A stretch of DNA of 64,000 bases, taken from positions 4,667 to 68,666 of the forward strand of contig JAQBGW010000134.1 in assembly GCA_032128415.1 (NCBI GenBank), in the 5' to 3' direction. A program made the translations under genes and the position numbers. The notes under the pieces were generated by a model. That model did no database searches. It was not told the DNA's origin and saw only the letters and a program-made list of their open reading frames with translations. This DNA is from Betaproteobacteria bacterium. GTDB taxonomy: Bacteria > Pseudomonadota > Gammaproteobacteria > Burkholderiales > SG8-41. Shown one piece after another: positions 63,995 to 64,000 of this stretch (its first letter is position 1; every line of letters starts with the position of its first letter).

Positions 63995-64000
63995 CCGGCA

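Overview
This is a moderately GC-rich, mostly housekeeping chromosomal segment. Gene order looks betaproteobacterial; that is inferred from synteny and protein motifs, since no search was possible. I call about 63 protein genes, almost all on the minus strand, plus 3 tRNAs. Conserved blocks, in window order: nnr/crcB; uvrC-pgsA-tRNA(Gly,Cys,Leu); nagZ-acpS-pdxJ-recO-era-rnc-lepB-lepA; degP-rseB-rseA-rpoE; folD; ftsB-eno-kdsA-pyrG; ppsA/ppsR; rnhB-lpxB-lpxA-fabZ-lpxD-skp-bamA-rseP-dxr-cdsA-uppS-frr-pyrH-tsf-rpsB; map-glnD. I saw no rRNA, CRISPR array, transposase, integrase or phage genes. Six loci are less ordinary. (1) A divergent EgtB/SenA-like sulfoxide synthase and SenB-like glycosyltransferase pair (43.6-46.0 kb) has no selenophosphate synthetase gene nearby. 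(2) A four-gene operon (5.8-11.8 kb) combines a cNMP/CBS/DUF294 nucleotidyltransferase, a DEDDh exonuclease, an ADP-forming acyl-CoA synthetase and an MFS transporter. (3) An orphan encapsulated-ferritin-like gene (4.2-5.7 kb) sits between membrane proteins, with no encapsulin shell gene. (4) A 1175-aa fused GltD/NfnB-like plus PyrK/NfnA-like Fe-S flavoprotein (30.6-34.1 kb) carries an uncharacterised N-terminal domain. (5) A substrate-binding/permease fusion of an osmoprotectant-type ABC transporter has no ATPase gene nearby. (6) A small decayed patch (2.5-4.2 kb) holds gene remnants. I also report an unlisted 44-codon membrane ORF, a sigma-E-type promoter, an rpsB leader pseudoknot, two intrinsic terminators and several palindromes and repeats. 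Nothing here is clearly a wholly new system; the findings are scored accordingly.
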